Notes under the pieces: generated by a model
Told to the model about the DNA's origin: nothing
Seen by the model: the letters and a program-made list of their open reading frames with translations, nothing else
Databases searched by the model: none
Made by a program: the position numbers and the translations under genes
Shown here: in pieces, positions 13,361-28,400 of the stretch
Layout of the letters: the number at the start of each line of letters is the position of its first letter
Position numbering within the stretch: position 1 is the first letter of the stretch
Assembly: GCA_964016885.1 (NCBI GenBank)
Contig: OZ024762.1
Span: 30,008,001 to 30,072,000 of the forward strand
Length of the DNA stretch: 64,000 bases
Reading direction: 5' to 3'
Source of the DNA: Eledone cirrhosa
Taxonomy: Eukaryota

Positions 13361-16300
13361 AGAATTCATTTAAGTTCATGGTACTAGCTGTCAGAAGTAA
13401 CTCCACTGTTGGTGAGATTTCAGTTAAGTTCATGGTACTAGCTGTCAGAAGTAACTCCTCTGTTGGTGAGAATTCAGTTAAGTTCATGGTATTAGCTGTC
13501 AGAAGTAACTCCACTGTTGGTGAGAATTCATTTAAGTCATGGTATTAGCTGTCAGAAGTAACTCCATTGTTGGTGAGAATTCATTTAAGTCATGGTACTA
13601 GCTGTCAGAAGTAACTCCACCGTTGGTGAGAATTCATTTAAGTTCATGTTACTAGCTGTCAAAAGTAACTCCACTGTTGGTGAGAATTCATTTAAGTTCA
13701 TGGTACTAGCTGTCAGAAGTAACTCCACTGTTGGTGAGAATTCATTTAAGTTCATGGTACTAGCTGTCAGAAGTAACTCCACTGTTGTTGAGAATTCATT
13801 TAAGTTCATGGTACTAGCTGTCAGAAGTAACTCCAATGTTGGTGAGAATTCATTTAAGTTCATGGTATTAGCTGTCAGAAGGAACTCCACTGTTGGTGAG
13901 AATTCATTTAAGTTCATGGTATTAGCTGTCAGAAGTAACTACACTGTTGGTGAGAATTCATTTAAGTTCATGGTACTAGTTGTCAGAAGTAACTCCACTG
14001 TTGGTGAGAATTCATTTAAGTTCATGGTATTAGTTGTCAGAAGTAACTCCACTGTTGGTGAGAATTCATTTAAGTCATGGTATTAGTTGTCAGAAGTAAC
14101 TCCAATGTTGGTGAGAATTCATTTAGGTTCATGGTACTAGCTGTCAGAAGTAACTCCACTGTTGGTGAGAATTCATTTAAGTTCATGGTACTAGCTGTCA
14201 GAAGTAACTCCAATGTTGGTGAGAATTCATTTAAGTTCATGGTATTAGCTGTCAGACGTAACTCCACTGTTGGTGAGAATTCATTTAAGTTCATGGTATT
14301 AGCTGTCAGAAGTAACTCCACTGTTGGTGAGAATTCATTTAAGTTCATGGTACTAGCTGTCAGAAGTAACTCCACTGTTGGTGAGAATTCATTTAAGTTC
14401 ATGGTATTAGTTGATCAGAAGTAACTCCACTGTTGGTGAGAATTCATTTAAGTCATGGTATTAGTTGTCAGAAGTAACTCCAATGTTGGTGAGAATTCAT
14501 TTAAGTTCATGGTACTAGCTGTCAGAAGTAACTCCACTGTTGGTGAGAATTCATTTAAGTTCATGGTATTAGCTGTCAGAAGTAACTCCACTGTTGGTGA
14601 GAATTCATTTAAGTTCATGGTACTAGCTGTCAGAAGTAACTCCACTGTTGGTGAGAATTCATTTAAGTCATGGTATTAGCTGTCAGAAGTAACTCCAATG
14701 TTGGTGAGAATTCATTTAAGTCATGGTACTAGCTGTCAGAAGTAACTCCACTGTTGGTGAGAATTCATTTAAGTTCATGGTACTAGCTGTCAGAAGTAAC
14801 TCCACTGTTGGTGAGAATTCATTTAAGTCATGGTATTAGCTGTCAGAAGTAACTCCAATGTTGGTGAGAATTCATTTAAGTCATGGTACTAGCTGTCAGA
14901 AGTAACTCCAATGTTGGTGAGAATTCATTTAAGTTCATGGTATTAGCTGTCAGAAGGAACTCCACTGTTGGTGAGAATTCATTTAAGTTCATGGTACTAG
15001 CTGTCAGAAGTAACTCCACTGTTGGTGAGATTTCAGTTAAGTTCATGGTACTCGCTGTCAGAAGTAACTCCTCTGTTGGTGAGAATTCAGTTAAGTTCAT
15101 GGTATTAGCTGTCAGAAGTAACTCCACTGTTGGTGAGAATTCATTTAAGTCATGGTATTAGCTGTCAGAAGTAACTCCATTGTTGGTGAGAATTCATTTA
15201 AGTCATGGTACTAGCTGTCAGAAGTAACTCCAATGTTGGTGAGAATTCATTTAAGTTCATGGTATTAGCTGTCAGAAGGAACTCCACTGTTGGTGAGAAT
15301 TCATTTAAGTTCATGGTACTAGCTGTCAGAAGTAACTCCACTGTTGGTGAGAATTCATTTAAGTTCATGGTACTAGCTGTCAGAAGTAACTCCACTGTTG
15401 GTGAGAATTCATTTAAGTTCATGGTACTAGCTGTCAGAAGTAACTCCACTGTTGTTGAGAATTCATTTAAGTTCATGGTACTAGCTGTCAGAAGTAACTC
15501 CAATGTTGGTGAGAATTCATTTAAGTTCATGGTATTAGCTGTCAGAAGGAACTCCACTGTTGGTGAGAATTCATTTAAGTTCATGGTATTAGCTGTCAGA
15601 AGTAACTACACTGTTGGTGAGAATTCATTTAAGTTCATGGTACTAGCTGTCAGAAGTAACTCCACTGTTGGTGAGAATTCATTTAAGTTCATGGTATTAG
15701 TTGATCAGAAGTAACTCCACTGTTGGTGAGAATTCATTTAAGTCATGGTATTAGTTGTCAGAAGTAACTCCAATGTTGGTGAGAATTCATTTAAGTTCAT
15801 GGTACTAGCTGTCAGAAGTAACTCCACTGTTGGTGAGAATTCATTTAAGTTCATGGTATTAGCTGTCAGAAGTAACTCCACTGTTGGTGAGAATTCATTT
15901 AAGTTCATGGTACTAGCTGTCAGAAGTAACTCCACTGTTGGTGAGAATTCATTTAAGTCATGGTATTAGCTGTCAGAAGTAACTCCAATGTTGGTGAGAA
16001 TTCATTTAAGTCATGGTACTAGCTGTCAGAAGTAACTCCACTGTTGGTGAGAATTCATTTAAGTTCATGGTACTAGCTGTCAGAAGTAACTCCACTGTTG
16101 GTGAGAATTCATTTAAGTCATGGTATTAGCTGTCAGAAGTAACTCCAATGTTGGTGAGAATTCATTTAAGTCATGGTACTAGCTGTCAGAAGTAACTCCA
16201 ATGTTGGTGAGAATTCATTTAAGTTCATGGTATTAGCTGTCAGAAGGAACTCCACTGTTGGTGAGAATTCATTTAAGTTCATGGTATTAGCTATCAGAAG

Positions 16301-16799
16301 GAACGCCACTGTTGGTGAGAATTCATTTAAGTTCATGGTATTAGCTGTCAGAAGTAACTCCACTATTGGTGAGAATTCATTTAAGTTCATGGTACTAGCT
16401 GTCAGAAGTAACTCCAATGTTGGTGAGAATTCATTTAAGTTCATGGTATTAGCTGTCAGAAGGAACTCCACTGTTGGTGAGAATTCATTTAAGTTCATGG
16501 TATTAGCTGTCAGAAGTAACTCCACTGTTGGTGAGAATTCATTTAAGTTCATGGTACTAGTTGTCAGAAGTAACTCCACTGTTGGTGAGAATTCATTTAA
16601 GTTCATGGTATTAGTTGTCAGAAGTAACTCCACAGTTGCTGAGAATTCATTTAAGTCATGGTATTAGTTGTCAGAAGTGACTCCAATGTTGGTGAGAATT
16701 CATTTAAGTTCATGGTACTAGCTGTCAGAAGTAACTCCACTGTTGGTGAGAATTCATTTAAGTTCATGGTATTAGCTGTCAGAAGTAACTCCACTGTTG

Positions 16800-19700
16800 G
16801 TGAGAATTCATTTAAGTTCATGGTATTAGTTGTCAGAAGTAACTCCACTGTTGGTGAGAATTCATTTAAGTCATGGTATTAGTTGTCAGAAGTAACTCCA
16901 ATGTTGGTGAGAATTCATTTAAGTTCATGGTACTAGCTGTCAGAAGTAACTCCACTGTTGGTGAGAATTCATTTAAGTTCATGGTATTAGCTGTCAGAAG
17001 TAACTCCACTGTTGGTGAGAATTCATTTAAGTTCATGGTATTAGTTGTCAGAAGTAACTCCACTGTTGGTAAGAATTCATTTAAGTCATGGTATTAGTTG
17101 TCAGAAGTAACTCCAATGTTGGTGAGAATTCATTTAAGTTCATGGTACTAGCTGTCAGAAGTAACTCTACTGTTGGTGAGAATTCATTTAAGTTCATGGT
17201 ATTAGTTTGTCAGAAGTAACTCCACTGTTGGTGAGAATTCATTTAAGTCATGGTACTAGCTGTCAGAAGTAACTCCAATGTTGGTGAGAATTTAGTTAAG
17301 TTCATGGTATTAGTTGTCAGAAGTAACTCCACTGTTGGTGAGAATTAATTTAAATCATGGTATTAGCTGTCAGAAGTAACTCCAATGTTGGTGAGAATTC
17401 ATTTAAGTTCATGGTACTAGCTGTCAGAAGTAACTCCACTGTTGGTGAGAATTCATTTAAGTTCATGGTATTAGCTGTCAGAAGTAACTCCACTGTTGGT
17501 GAGAATTCATTTAAGTCATGGTATTAGCTGTCAGAAGTAACTGCATTGTTGGTGAGAATTCATTTAAGTCATGGTACTAGCTGTCAGAAGTAACTCCACT
17601 GTTGGTGAGAATTCATTTAAGTTCATGGTACTAGCTGTCAGAAGTAACTCCACTGTTGGTGAGAATTCATTTAAGTTCATGGTACTAGCTGTCAGAAGTA
17701 ACTCCACTGTTGGTGAGAATTCATTTAAGTTCATGGTATTAGCTGTCAGAAGGAACTCCACTGTTGGTGAGAATTCATTTAAGTTCATGGTACTAGCTGT
17801 CAGAAATAACTCCACTGTTGGTGAGAATTCATTTAAGTTCATGGTACTAGCTGTCAGAAGTAACTCCACTGTTGGTGAGAATTCATTTAAGTCATGGTAT
17901 TAGCTGTCAGAAGTAACTCCAATGTTGGTGAGAATTCATTTAAGTCATGGTACTAGCTGTCAGAAGTAACTCCACTGTTGGTGAGAATTCATTTAAGTTC
18001 ATGGTACTAGCTGTCAGAAGTAACTCCACTGTTGGTGAGAATTCATTTAAGTCATGGTATTAGCTGTCAGAAGTAACTCCAATGTTGGTGAGAATTCATT
18101 TAAGTCATGGTACTAGCTGTCAGAAGTAACTCCAATGTTGGTGAGAATTCATTTAAGTTCATGGTATTAGCTGTCAGAAGGAACTCCACTGTTGGTGAGA
18201 ATTCATTTAAGTTCATGGTACTAGCTGTCAGAAGTAACTCCACTGTTGGTGAGATTTCAGTTAAGTTCATGGTACTCGCTGTCAGAAGTAACTCCTCTGT
18301 TGGTGAGAATTCAGTTAAGTTCATGGTATTAGCTGTCAGAAGTAACTCCACTGTTGGTGAGAATTCATTTAAGTCATGGTATTAGCTGTCAGAAGTAACT
18401 CCATTGTTGGTGAGAATTCATTTAAGTCATGGTACTAGCTGTCAGAAGTAACTCCAATGTTGGTGAGAATTCATTTAAGTTCATGGTATTAGCTGTCAGA
18501 AGGAACTCCACTGTTGGTGAGAATTCATTTAAGTTCATGGTACTAGCTGTCAGAAGTAACTCCACTGTTGGTGAGAATTCATTTAAGTTCATGGTACTAG
18601 CTGTGAGAAGTAACTCCACTGTTGGTGAGAATTCATTTAAGTTCATGGTACTAGCTGTCAGAAGTAACTCCACTGTTGTTGAGAATTCATTTAAGTTCAT
18701 GGTACTAGCTGTCAGAAGTAACTCCAATGTTGGTGAGAATTCATTTAAGTTCATGGTATTAGCTGTCAGAAGGAACTCCACTGTTGGTGAGAATTCATTT
18801 AAGTTCATGGTATTAGCTGTCAGAAGTAACTACACTGTTGGTGAGAATTCATTTAAGTTCATGGTACTAGCTGTCAGAAGTAACTCCACTGTTGGTGAGA
18901 ATTCATTTAAGTTCATGGTATTAGTTGATCAGAAGTAACTCCACTGTTGGTGAGAATTCATTTAAGTCATGGTATTAGTTGTCAGAAGTAACTCCAATGT
19001 TGGTGAGAATTCATTTAAGTTCATGGTACTAGCTGTCAGAAGTAACTCCACTGTTGGTGAGAATTCATTTAAGTTCATGGTATTAGCTGTCAGAAGTAAC
19101 TCCACTGTTGGTGAGAATTCATTTAAGTTCATGGTACTAGCTGTCAGAAGTAACTCCACTGTTGGTGAGAATTCATTTAAGTCATGGTATTAGCTGTCAG
19201 AAGTAACTCCAATGTTGGTGAGAATTCATTTAAGTCATGGTACTAGCTGTCAGAAGTAACTCCACTGTTGGTGAGAATTCATTTAAGTTCATGGTACTAG
19301 CTGTCAGAAGTAACTCCACTGTTGGTGAGAATTCATTTAAGTCATGGTATTAGCTGTCTGAAGTAACTCCAATGTTGGTGAGAATTCATTTAAGTCATGG
19401 TACTAGCTGTCAGAAGTAACTCCAATGTTGGTGAGAATTCATTTAAGTTCATGGTATTAGCTGTCAGAAGGAACTCCACTGTTGGTGAGAATTCATTTAA
19501 GTTCATGGTATTAGTTGTCAGAAGTAACTCCACTGTTGGTGAGAATTCATTTAAGTCATGGTATTAGTTGTCAGAAGTAACTCCAATGTTGGTGAGAATT
19601 CATTTAAGTTCATGGTACTAGCTGTCAGAAGTAACTCCACTGTTGGTGAGAATTCATTTAAGTTCATGGTATTAGCTGTCAGAAGTAACTCCACTGTTGG

Positions 19701-22170
19701 TGAGAATTCATTTAAGTTCATGGTATTAGTTGTCAGAAGTAACTCCACTGTTGGTAAGAATTCATTTAAGTCATGGTATTAGTTGTCAGAAGTAACTCCA
19801 ATGTTGGTGAGAATTCATTTAAGTTCATGGTACTAGCTGTCAGAAGTAACTCTACTGTTGGTGAGAATTCATTTAAGTTCATGGTATTAGTTTGTCAGAA
19901 GTAACTCCACTGTTGGTGAGAATTCATTTAAGTCATGGTACTAGCTGTCAGAAGTAACTCCAATGTTGGTGAGAATTCAGTTAAGTTCATGGTATTAGTT
20001 GTCAGAAGTAACTCCACTGTTGGTGAGAATTAATTTAAATCATGGTATTAGCTGTCAGAAGTAACTCCAATGTTGGTGAGAATTCATTTAAGTTCATGGT
20101 ACAAGCTGTCAGAAGTAACTCCACTGTTGGTGAGAATTCATTTAAGTTCATGGTATTAGCTGTCAGAAGTAACTCCACTGTTGGTGAGAATTCATTTAAG
20201 TCATGGTATTAGCTGTCAGAAGTAACTGCATTGTTGGTGAGAATTCATTTAAGTCATGGTACTAGCTGTCAGAAGTAACTCCACTGTTGGTGAGAATTCA
20301 TTTAAGTTCATGGTACTAGCTGTCAGAAGTAACTCCACTGTTGGTGAGAATTCATTTAAGTTCATGGTACTAGCTGTCAGAAGTAACTCCACTGTTGGTG
20401 AGAATTCATTTAAGTTCATGGTATTAGCTGTCAGAAGGAACTCCACTGTTGGTGAGAATTCATTTAAGTTCATGGTACTAGCTTTCAGAAATAACTCCAC
20501 TGTTGGTGAGAATTCATTTAAGTTCATGGTACTAGCTGTCAGAAGTAACTCCACTGTTGGTGAGAATTCATTTAAGTCATGGTATTAGCTGTCAGAAGTA
20601 ACTCCAATGTTGGTGAGAATTCATTTAAGTCATGGTACTAGCTGTCAGAAGTAACTCCACTGTTGGTGAGAATTCATTTAAGTTCATGGTACTAGCTGTC
20701 AGAAGTAACTCCACTGTTGGTGAGAATTCATTTAAGTCATGGTATTAGCTGTCAGAAGTAACTCCAATGTTGGTGAGAATTCATTTAAGTCATGGTACTA
20801 GCTGTCAGAAGTAACTCCAATGTTGGTGAGAATTCATTTAAGTTCATGGTATTAGCTGTCAGAAGGAACTCCACTGTTGGTGAGAATTCATTTAAGTTCA
20901 TGGTACTAGCTGTCAGAAGTAACTCCACTGTTGGTGAGATTTCAGTTAAGTTCATGGTACTCGCTGTCAGAAGTAACTCCTCTGTTGGTGAGAATTCAGT
21001 TAAGTTCATGGTATTAGCTGTCAGAAGTAACTCCACTGTTGGTGAGAATTCATTTAAGTCATGGTATTAGCTGTCAGAAGTAACTCCATTGTTGGTGAGA
21101 ATTCATTTAAGTCATGGTACTAGCTGTCAGAAGTAACTCCAATGTTGGTGAGAATTCATTTAAGTTCATGGTATTAGCTGTCAGAAGGAACTCCACTGTT
21201 GCTGAGAATTCATTTAAGTTCATGGTACTAGCTGTCAGAAGTAACTCCACTGTTGGTGAGAATTCATTTAAGTTCATGGTACTAGCTGTGAGAAGTAACT
21301 CCACTGTTGGTGAGAATTCATTTAAGTTCATGGTACTAGCTGTCAGAAGTAACTCCACTGTTGTTGAGAATTCATTTAAGTTCATGGTACTAGCTGTCAG
21401 AAGTAACTCCAATGTTGGTGAGAATTCATTTAAGTTCATGGTATTAGCTGTCAGAAGGAACTCCACTGTTGGTGAGAATTCATTTAAGTTCATGGTATTA
21501 GCTGTCAGAAGTAACTACACTGTTGGTGAGAATTCATTTAAGTTCATGGTACTAGCTGTCAGAAGTAACTCCACTGTTGGTGAGAATTCATTTAAGTTCA
21601 TGGTATTAGTTGATCAGAAGTAACTCCACTGTTGGTGAGAATTCATTTAAGTCATGGTATTAGTTGTCAGAAGTAACTCCAATGTTGGTGAGAATTCATT
21701 TAAGTTCATGGTACTAGCTGTCAGAAGTAACTCCACTGTTGGTGAGAATTCATTTAAGTTCATGGTATTAGCTGTCAGAAGTAACTCCACTGTTGGTGAG
21801 AATTCATTTAAGTTCATGGTACTAGCTGTCAGAAGTAACTCCACTGTTGGTGAGAATTCATTTAAGTCATGGTATTAGCTGTCAGAAGTAACTCCAATGT
21901 TGGTGAGAATTCATTTAAGTCATGGTACTAGCTGTCAGAAGTAACTCCACTGTTGGTGAGAATTCATTTAAGTTCATGGTACTAGCTGTCAGAAGTAACT
22001 CCACTGTTGGTGAGAATTCATTTAAGTCATGGTATTAGCTGTCAGAAGCAACTCCAATGTTGGTGAGAATTCATTTAAGTCATGGTACTAGCTGTCAGAA
22101 GTAACTCCAATGTTGGTGAGAATTCATTTAAGTTCATGGTATTAGCTGTCAGAAGGAACTCCACTGTTGG
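16800..22170. repeat. Tandem duplication of a 2685-bp (50-monomer) block, 2 copies
   Basis: Offset 2685: ORFs 16873/19558, 17571/20256, 18107/20792, 18429/21114, 18969/21654; variant ctgtga 18601/21286. Confidence 0.88.
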
Positions 22171-23979
22171 TGAGAATTCATTTAAGTTCATGGTATTAGC
22201 TATCAGAAGGAACGCCACTGTTGGTGAGAATTCATTTAAGTTCATGGTATTAGCTGTCAGAAGTAACTCCACTATTGGTGAGAATTCATTTAAGTTCATG
22301 GTACTAGCTGTCAGAAGTAACTCCAATGTTGGTGAGAATTCATTTAAGTTCATGGTATTAGCTGTCAGAAGGAACTCCACTGTTGGTGAGAATTCATTTA
22401 AGTTCATGGTATTAGCTGTCAGAAGTAACTCCACTGTTGGTGAGAATTCATTTAAGTTCATGGTACTAGTTGTCAGAAGTAACTCCACTGTTGGTGAGAA
22501 TTCATTTAAGTTCATGGTATTAGTTGTCAGAAGTAACTCCACTGTTGCTGAGAATTCATTTAAGTCATGGTATTAGTTGTCAGAAGTGACTCCAATGTTG
22601 GTGAGAATTCATTTAAGTTCATGGTACTAGCTGTCAGAAGTAACTCCACTGTTGGTGAGAATTCATTTAAGTTCATGGTATTAGCTGTCAGAAGTAACTC
22701 CACTGTTGGTGAGAATTCATTTAAGTTCATGGTATTAGTTGTCAGAAGTAACTCCACTGTTGGTGAGAATTCATTTAAGTCATGGTATTAGTTGTCAGAA
22801 GTAACTCCAATGTTGGTGAGAATTCATTTAAGTTCATGGTACTAGCTGTCAGAAGTAACTCCACTGTTGGTGAGAATTCATTTAAGTTCATGGTATTAGC
22901 TGTCAGAAGTAACTCCACTGTTGGTGAGAATTCATTTAAGTTCATGGTATTAGTTGTCAGAAGTAACTCCACTGTTGGTAAGAATTCATTTAAGTCATGG
23001 TATTAGTTGTCAGAAGTAACTCCAATGTTGGTGAGAATTCATTTAAGTTCATGGTACTAGCTGTCAGAAGTAACTCTACTGTTGGTGAGAATTCATTTAA
23101 GTTCATGGTATTAGTTTGTCAGAAGTAACTCCACTGTTGGTGAGAATTCATTTAAGTCATGGTACTAGCTGTCAGAAGTAACTCCAATGTTGGTGAGAAT
23201 TCAGTTAAGTTCATGGTATTAGTTGTCAGAAGTAACTCCACTGTTGGTGAGAATTAATTTAAATCATGGTATTAGCTGTCAGAAGTAACTCCAATGTTGG
23301 TGAGAATTCATTTAAGTTCATGGTATTAGCTGTCAGAAGTAACTCCACTGTTGGTGAGAATTCATTTAAGTCATGGTATTAGCTGTCAGAAGTAACTGCA
23401 TTGTTGGTGAGAATTCATTTAAGTCATGGTACTAGCTGTCAGAAGTAACTCCACTGTTGGTGAGAATTCATTTAAGTTCATGGTACTAGCTGTCAGAAGT
23501 AACTCCACTGTTGGTGAGAATTCATTTAAGTTCATGGTACTAGCTGTCAGAAGTAACTCCACTGTTGGTGAGAATTCATTTAAGTTCATGGTATTAGCTG
23601 TCAGAAGGAACTCCACTGTTGGTGAGAATTCATTTAAGTTCATGGTACTAGCTGTCAGAAATAACTCCACTGTTGGTGAGAATTCAGTTAAGTTCATGGT
23701 ATTAGTTGTCAGAAGTAACTCCACTGTTGGTGAGAATTCATTTAAGTTCATGGTATTAGTTGTCAGAAGTAACTCCACTGTTGGTGAGAATTCATTTAAG
23801 TCATGGTATTAGTTGTCAGAAGTGACTCCAATGTTGGTGAGAATTCATTTAAGTTCATGGTACTAGCTGTCAGAAGTAACTCCACTGTTGGTGAGAATTC
23901 ATTTAAGTTCATGGTATTAGCTGTCAGAAGTAACTCCACTGTTGGTGAGAATTCATTTAAGTTCATGGTATTAGTTGTC

Positions 23980-26900
23980 AGAAGTAACTCCACTGTTGGT
24001 GAGAATTCATTTAAGTCATGGTATTAGTTGTCAGAAGTAACTCCAATGTTGGTGAGAATTCATTTAAGTTCATGGTACTAGCTGTCAGAAGTAACTCCAC
24101 TGTTGGTGAGAATTCATTTAAGTTCATGGTATTAGCTGTCAGAAGTAACTCCACTGTTGGTGAGAATTCATTTAAGTTCATGGTATTAGTTGTCAGAAGT
24201 AACTCCACTGTTGGTAAGAATTCATTTAAGTCATGGTATTAGTTGTCAGAAGTAACTCCAATGTTGGTGAGAATTCATTTAAGTTCATGGTACTAGCTGT
24301 CAGAAGTAACTCTACTGTTGGTTTGAATTCATTTAAGTTCATGGTACTAGCTGTCAGAAGTAACTCCACTGTTGGTGAGAATTCATTTAAGTTCATGGTA
24401 TTAGTTTGTCAGAAGTAACTCCACTGTTGGTGAGAATTCATTTAAGTCATGGTACTAGCTGTCAGAAGTAACTCCAATGTTGGTGAGAATTCAGTTAAGT
24501 TCATGGTATTAGTTGTCAGAAGTAACTCCACTGTTGGTGAGAATTAATTTAAATCATGGTATTAGCTGTCAGAAGTAACTCCAATGTTGGTGAGAATTCA
24601 TTTAAGTTCATGGTACTAGCTGTCAGAAGTAACTCCACTGTTGGTGAGAATTCATTTAAGTTCATGGTATTAGCTGTCAGAAGTAACTCCACTGTTGGTG
24701 AGAATTCATTTAAGTCATGGTATTAGCTGTCAGAAGTAACTCCATTGTTGGTGAGAATTCATTTAAGTCATGGTACTAGCTGTCAGAAGTAACTCCACTG
24801 TTGGTGAGAATTCATTTAATTTCATGGTACTAGCTGTCCGAAGTAACTCCACTGTTGGTGAGAATTCATTTAAGTTCATGGTATTAGTTGTCAGAAGTAA
24901 CTCCACTGTTGGTGAGAATTCATTTAAGTCATGGTATTAGTTGTCAGAAGTAACTCCAATGTTGGTGAGAATTCATTTAAGTTCATGGTACTAGCTGTCA
25001 GAAGTAACTCCACTGTTGGTGAGAATTCATTTAAGTTCATGGTATTAGCTGTCAGAAGTAACTCCACTGTTGGTGAGAATTCATTTAAGTTCATGGTATT
25101 AGTTGTCAGAAGTAACTCCACTGTTGGTAAGAATTCATTTAAGTCATGGTATTAGTTGTCAGAAGTAACTCCAATGTTGGTGAGAATTCATTTAAGTTCA
25201 TGGTACTAGCTGTCAGAAGTAACTCTACTGTTGGTGAGAATTCATTTAAGTTCATGGTACTAGCTGTCAGAAGTAACTCCACTGTTGGTGAGAATTCATT
25301 TAAGTTCATGGTATTAGTTTGTCAGAAGTAACTCCACTGTTGGTGAGAATTCATTTAAGTCATGGTACTAGCTGTCAGAAGTAACTCCAATGTTGGTGAG
25401 AATTCAGTTAAGTTCATGGTATTAGTTGTCAGAAGTAACTCCACTGTTGGTGAGAATTAATTTAAATCATGGTATTAGTTGTCAGAAGTAACTCCAATGT
25501 TGGTGAGAATTCATTTAAGTTCATGGTACTAGCTGTCAGAAGTAACTCCACTGTTGGTGAGAATTCATTTAAGTTCATGGTATTAGCTGTCAGAAGTAAC
25601 TCCACTGTTGGTGAGAATTCATTTAAGTCATGGTATTAGCTGTCAGAAGTAACTCCATTGTTGGTGAGAATTCATTTAAGTCATGGTACTAGCTGTCAGA
25701 AGTAACTCCACTGTTGGTGAGAATTCATTTAAGTTCATGGTACTAGCTGTCAGAAGTAACTCCACTGTTGGTGAGAATTCATTTAAGTTCATGGTACTAG
25801 CTGTCAGAAGTAACTCCACTGTTGGTGAGAATTCATTTAAGTTCATGGTATTAGCTGTCAGAAGGAACTCCACTGTTGGTGAGAATTCATTTAAGTTCAT
25901 GGTACTAGCTGTCAGAAATAACTCCACTGTTGGTGAGAATTCAGTTAAGTTCATGGTATTAGTTGTCAGAAGTAACTCCACTGTTGGTGAGAATTCATTT
26001 AAGTTCATGGTATTAGCTGTCAGAAGTAACTTCACTGTTGGTGAGAATTCATTTAAGTTCATGGTATTAGTTGTCAGAAGTAACTCCACTGTTGGTGAGA
26101 ATTCATTTAAGTCATGGTATTAGTTGTCAGAAGTAACTCCAATGTTGGTGAGAATTCATTTAAGTTCATGGTACTAGCTGTCAGAAGTAACTCCACTGTT
26201 GGTGAGAATTCATTTAAGTTCATGGTATTAGCTGTCAGAAGTAACTCCACTGTTGGTGAGAATTCATTTAAGTTCATGGTATTAGTTGTCAGAAGTAACT
26301 CCACTGTTGGTAAGAATTCATTTAAGTCATGGTATTAGTTGTCAGAAGTAACTCCAATGTTGGTGAGAATTCATTTAAGTTCATGGTACTAGCTGTCAGA
26401 AGTAACTCTACTGTTGGTTTGAATTCATTTAAGTTCATGGTACTAGCTGTCAGAAGTAACTCCACTGTTGGTGAGAATTCATTTAAGTTCATGGTATTAG
26501 TTTGTCAGAAGTAACTCCACTGTTGGTGAGAATTCATTTAAGTCATGGTACTAGCTGTCAGAAGTAACTCCAATGTTGGTGAGAATTCAGTTAAGTTCAT
26601 GGTATTAGTTGTCAGAAGTAACTCCACTGTTGGTGAGAATTAATTTAAATCATGGTATTAGCTGTCAGAAGTAACTCCAATGTTGGTGAGAATTCATTTA
26701 AGTTCATGGTACTAGCTGTCAGAAGTAACTCCACTGTTGGTGAGAATTCATTTAAGTTCATGGTATTAGCTGTCAGAAGTAACTCCACTGTTGGTGAGAA
26801 TTCATTTAAGTCATGGTATTAGCTGTCAGAAGTAACTCCATTGTTGGTGAGAATTCATTTAAGTCATGGTACTAGCTGTCAGAAGTAACTCCACTGTTGG

Positions 26901-28400
26901 TGAGAATTCATTTAATTTCATGGTACTAGCTGTCCGAAGTAACTCCACTGTTGGTGAGAATTCATTTAAGTTCATGGTATTAGTTGTCAGAAGTAACTCC
27001 ACTGTTGGTGAGAATTCATTTAAGTCATGGTATTAGTTGTCAGAAGTAACTCCAATGTTGGTGAGAATTCATTTAAGTTCATGGTACTAGCTGTCAGAAG
27101 TAACTCCACTGTTGGTGAGAATTCATTTAAGTTCATGGTATTAGCTGTCAGAAGTAACTCCACTGTTGGTGAGAATTCATTTAAGTTCATGGTATTAGTT
27201 GTCAGAAGTAACTCCACTGTTGGTAAGAATTCATTTAAGTCATGGTATTAGTTGTCAGAAGTAACTCCAATGTTGGTGAGAATTCATTTAAGTTCATGGT
27301 ACTAGCTGTCAGAAGTAACTCTACTGTTGGTGAGAATTCATTTAAGTTCATGGTACTAGCTGTCAGAAGTAACTCCACTGTTGGTGAGAATTCATTTAAG
27401 TTCATGGTATTAGTTTGTCAGAAGTAACTCCACTGTTGGTGAGAATTCATTTAAGTCATGGTACTAGCTGTCAGAAGTAACTCCAATGTTGGTGAGAATT
27501 CAGTTAAGTTCATGGTATTAGTTGTCAGAAGTAACTCCACTGTTGGTGAGAATTAATTTAAATCATGGTATTAGTTGTCAGAAGTAACTCCAATGTTGGT
27601 GAGAATTCATTTAAGTTCATGGTACTAGCTGTCAGAAGTAACTCCACTGTTGGTGAGAATTCATTTAAGTTCATGGTATTAGCTGTCAGAAGTAACTCCA
27701 CTGTTGGTGAGAATTCATTTAAGTCATGGTATTAGCTGTCAGAAGTAACTCCATTGTTGGTGAGAATTCATTTAAGTCATGGTACTAGCTGTCAGAAGTA
27801 ACTCCACTGTTGGTGAGAATTCATTTAAGTTCATGGTACTAGCTGTCAGAAGTAACTCCACTGTTGGTGAGAATTCATTTAAGTTCATGGTACTAGCTGT
27901 CAGAAGTAACTCCACTGTTGGTGAGAATTCATTTAAGTTCATGGTATTAGCTGTCAGAAGGAACTCCACTGTTGGTGAGAATTCATTTAAGTTCATGGTA
28001 CTAGCTGTCAGAAATAACTCCACTGTTGGTGAGAATTCAGTTAAGTTCATGGTATTAGTTGTCAGAAGTAACTCCACTGTTGGTGAGAATTCATTTAAGT
28101 TCATGGTATTAGCTGTCAGAAGTAACTTCACTGTTGGTGAGAATTCATTTAAGTTCATGGTATTAGTTGTCAGAAGTAACTCCACTGTTGGTGAGAATTC
28201 ATTTAAGTCATGGTATTAGTTGTCAGAAGTAACTCCAATGTTGGTGAGAATTCATTTAAGTTCATGGTACTAGCTGTCAGAAGTAACTCCACTGTTGGTG
28301 AGAATTCATTTAAGTTCATGGTATTAGCTGTCAGAAGTAACTCCACTGTTGGTGAGAATTCATTTAAGTTCATGGTATTAGTTGTCAGAAGTAACTCCAC
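23980..28400. repeat. Tandem duplication of a 2096-bp (39-monomer) block, 2 copies
   Basis: Offset 2096: ORFs 24018/26114, 24233/26329, 24931/27027, 25146/27242, 25683/27779. Private variants ggtttgaattc (~24321/26417) and tgtccgaag (~24835/26931) occur only in these two copies. Confidence 0.9.
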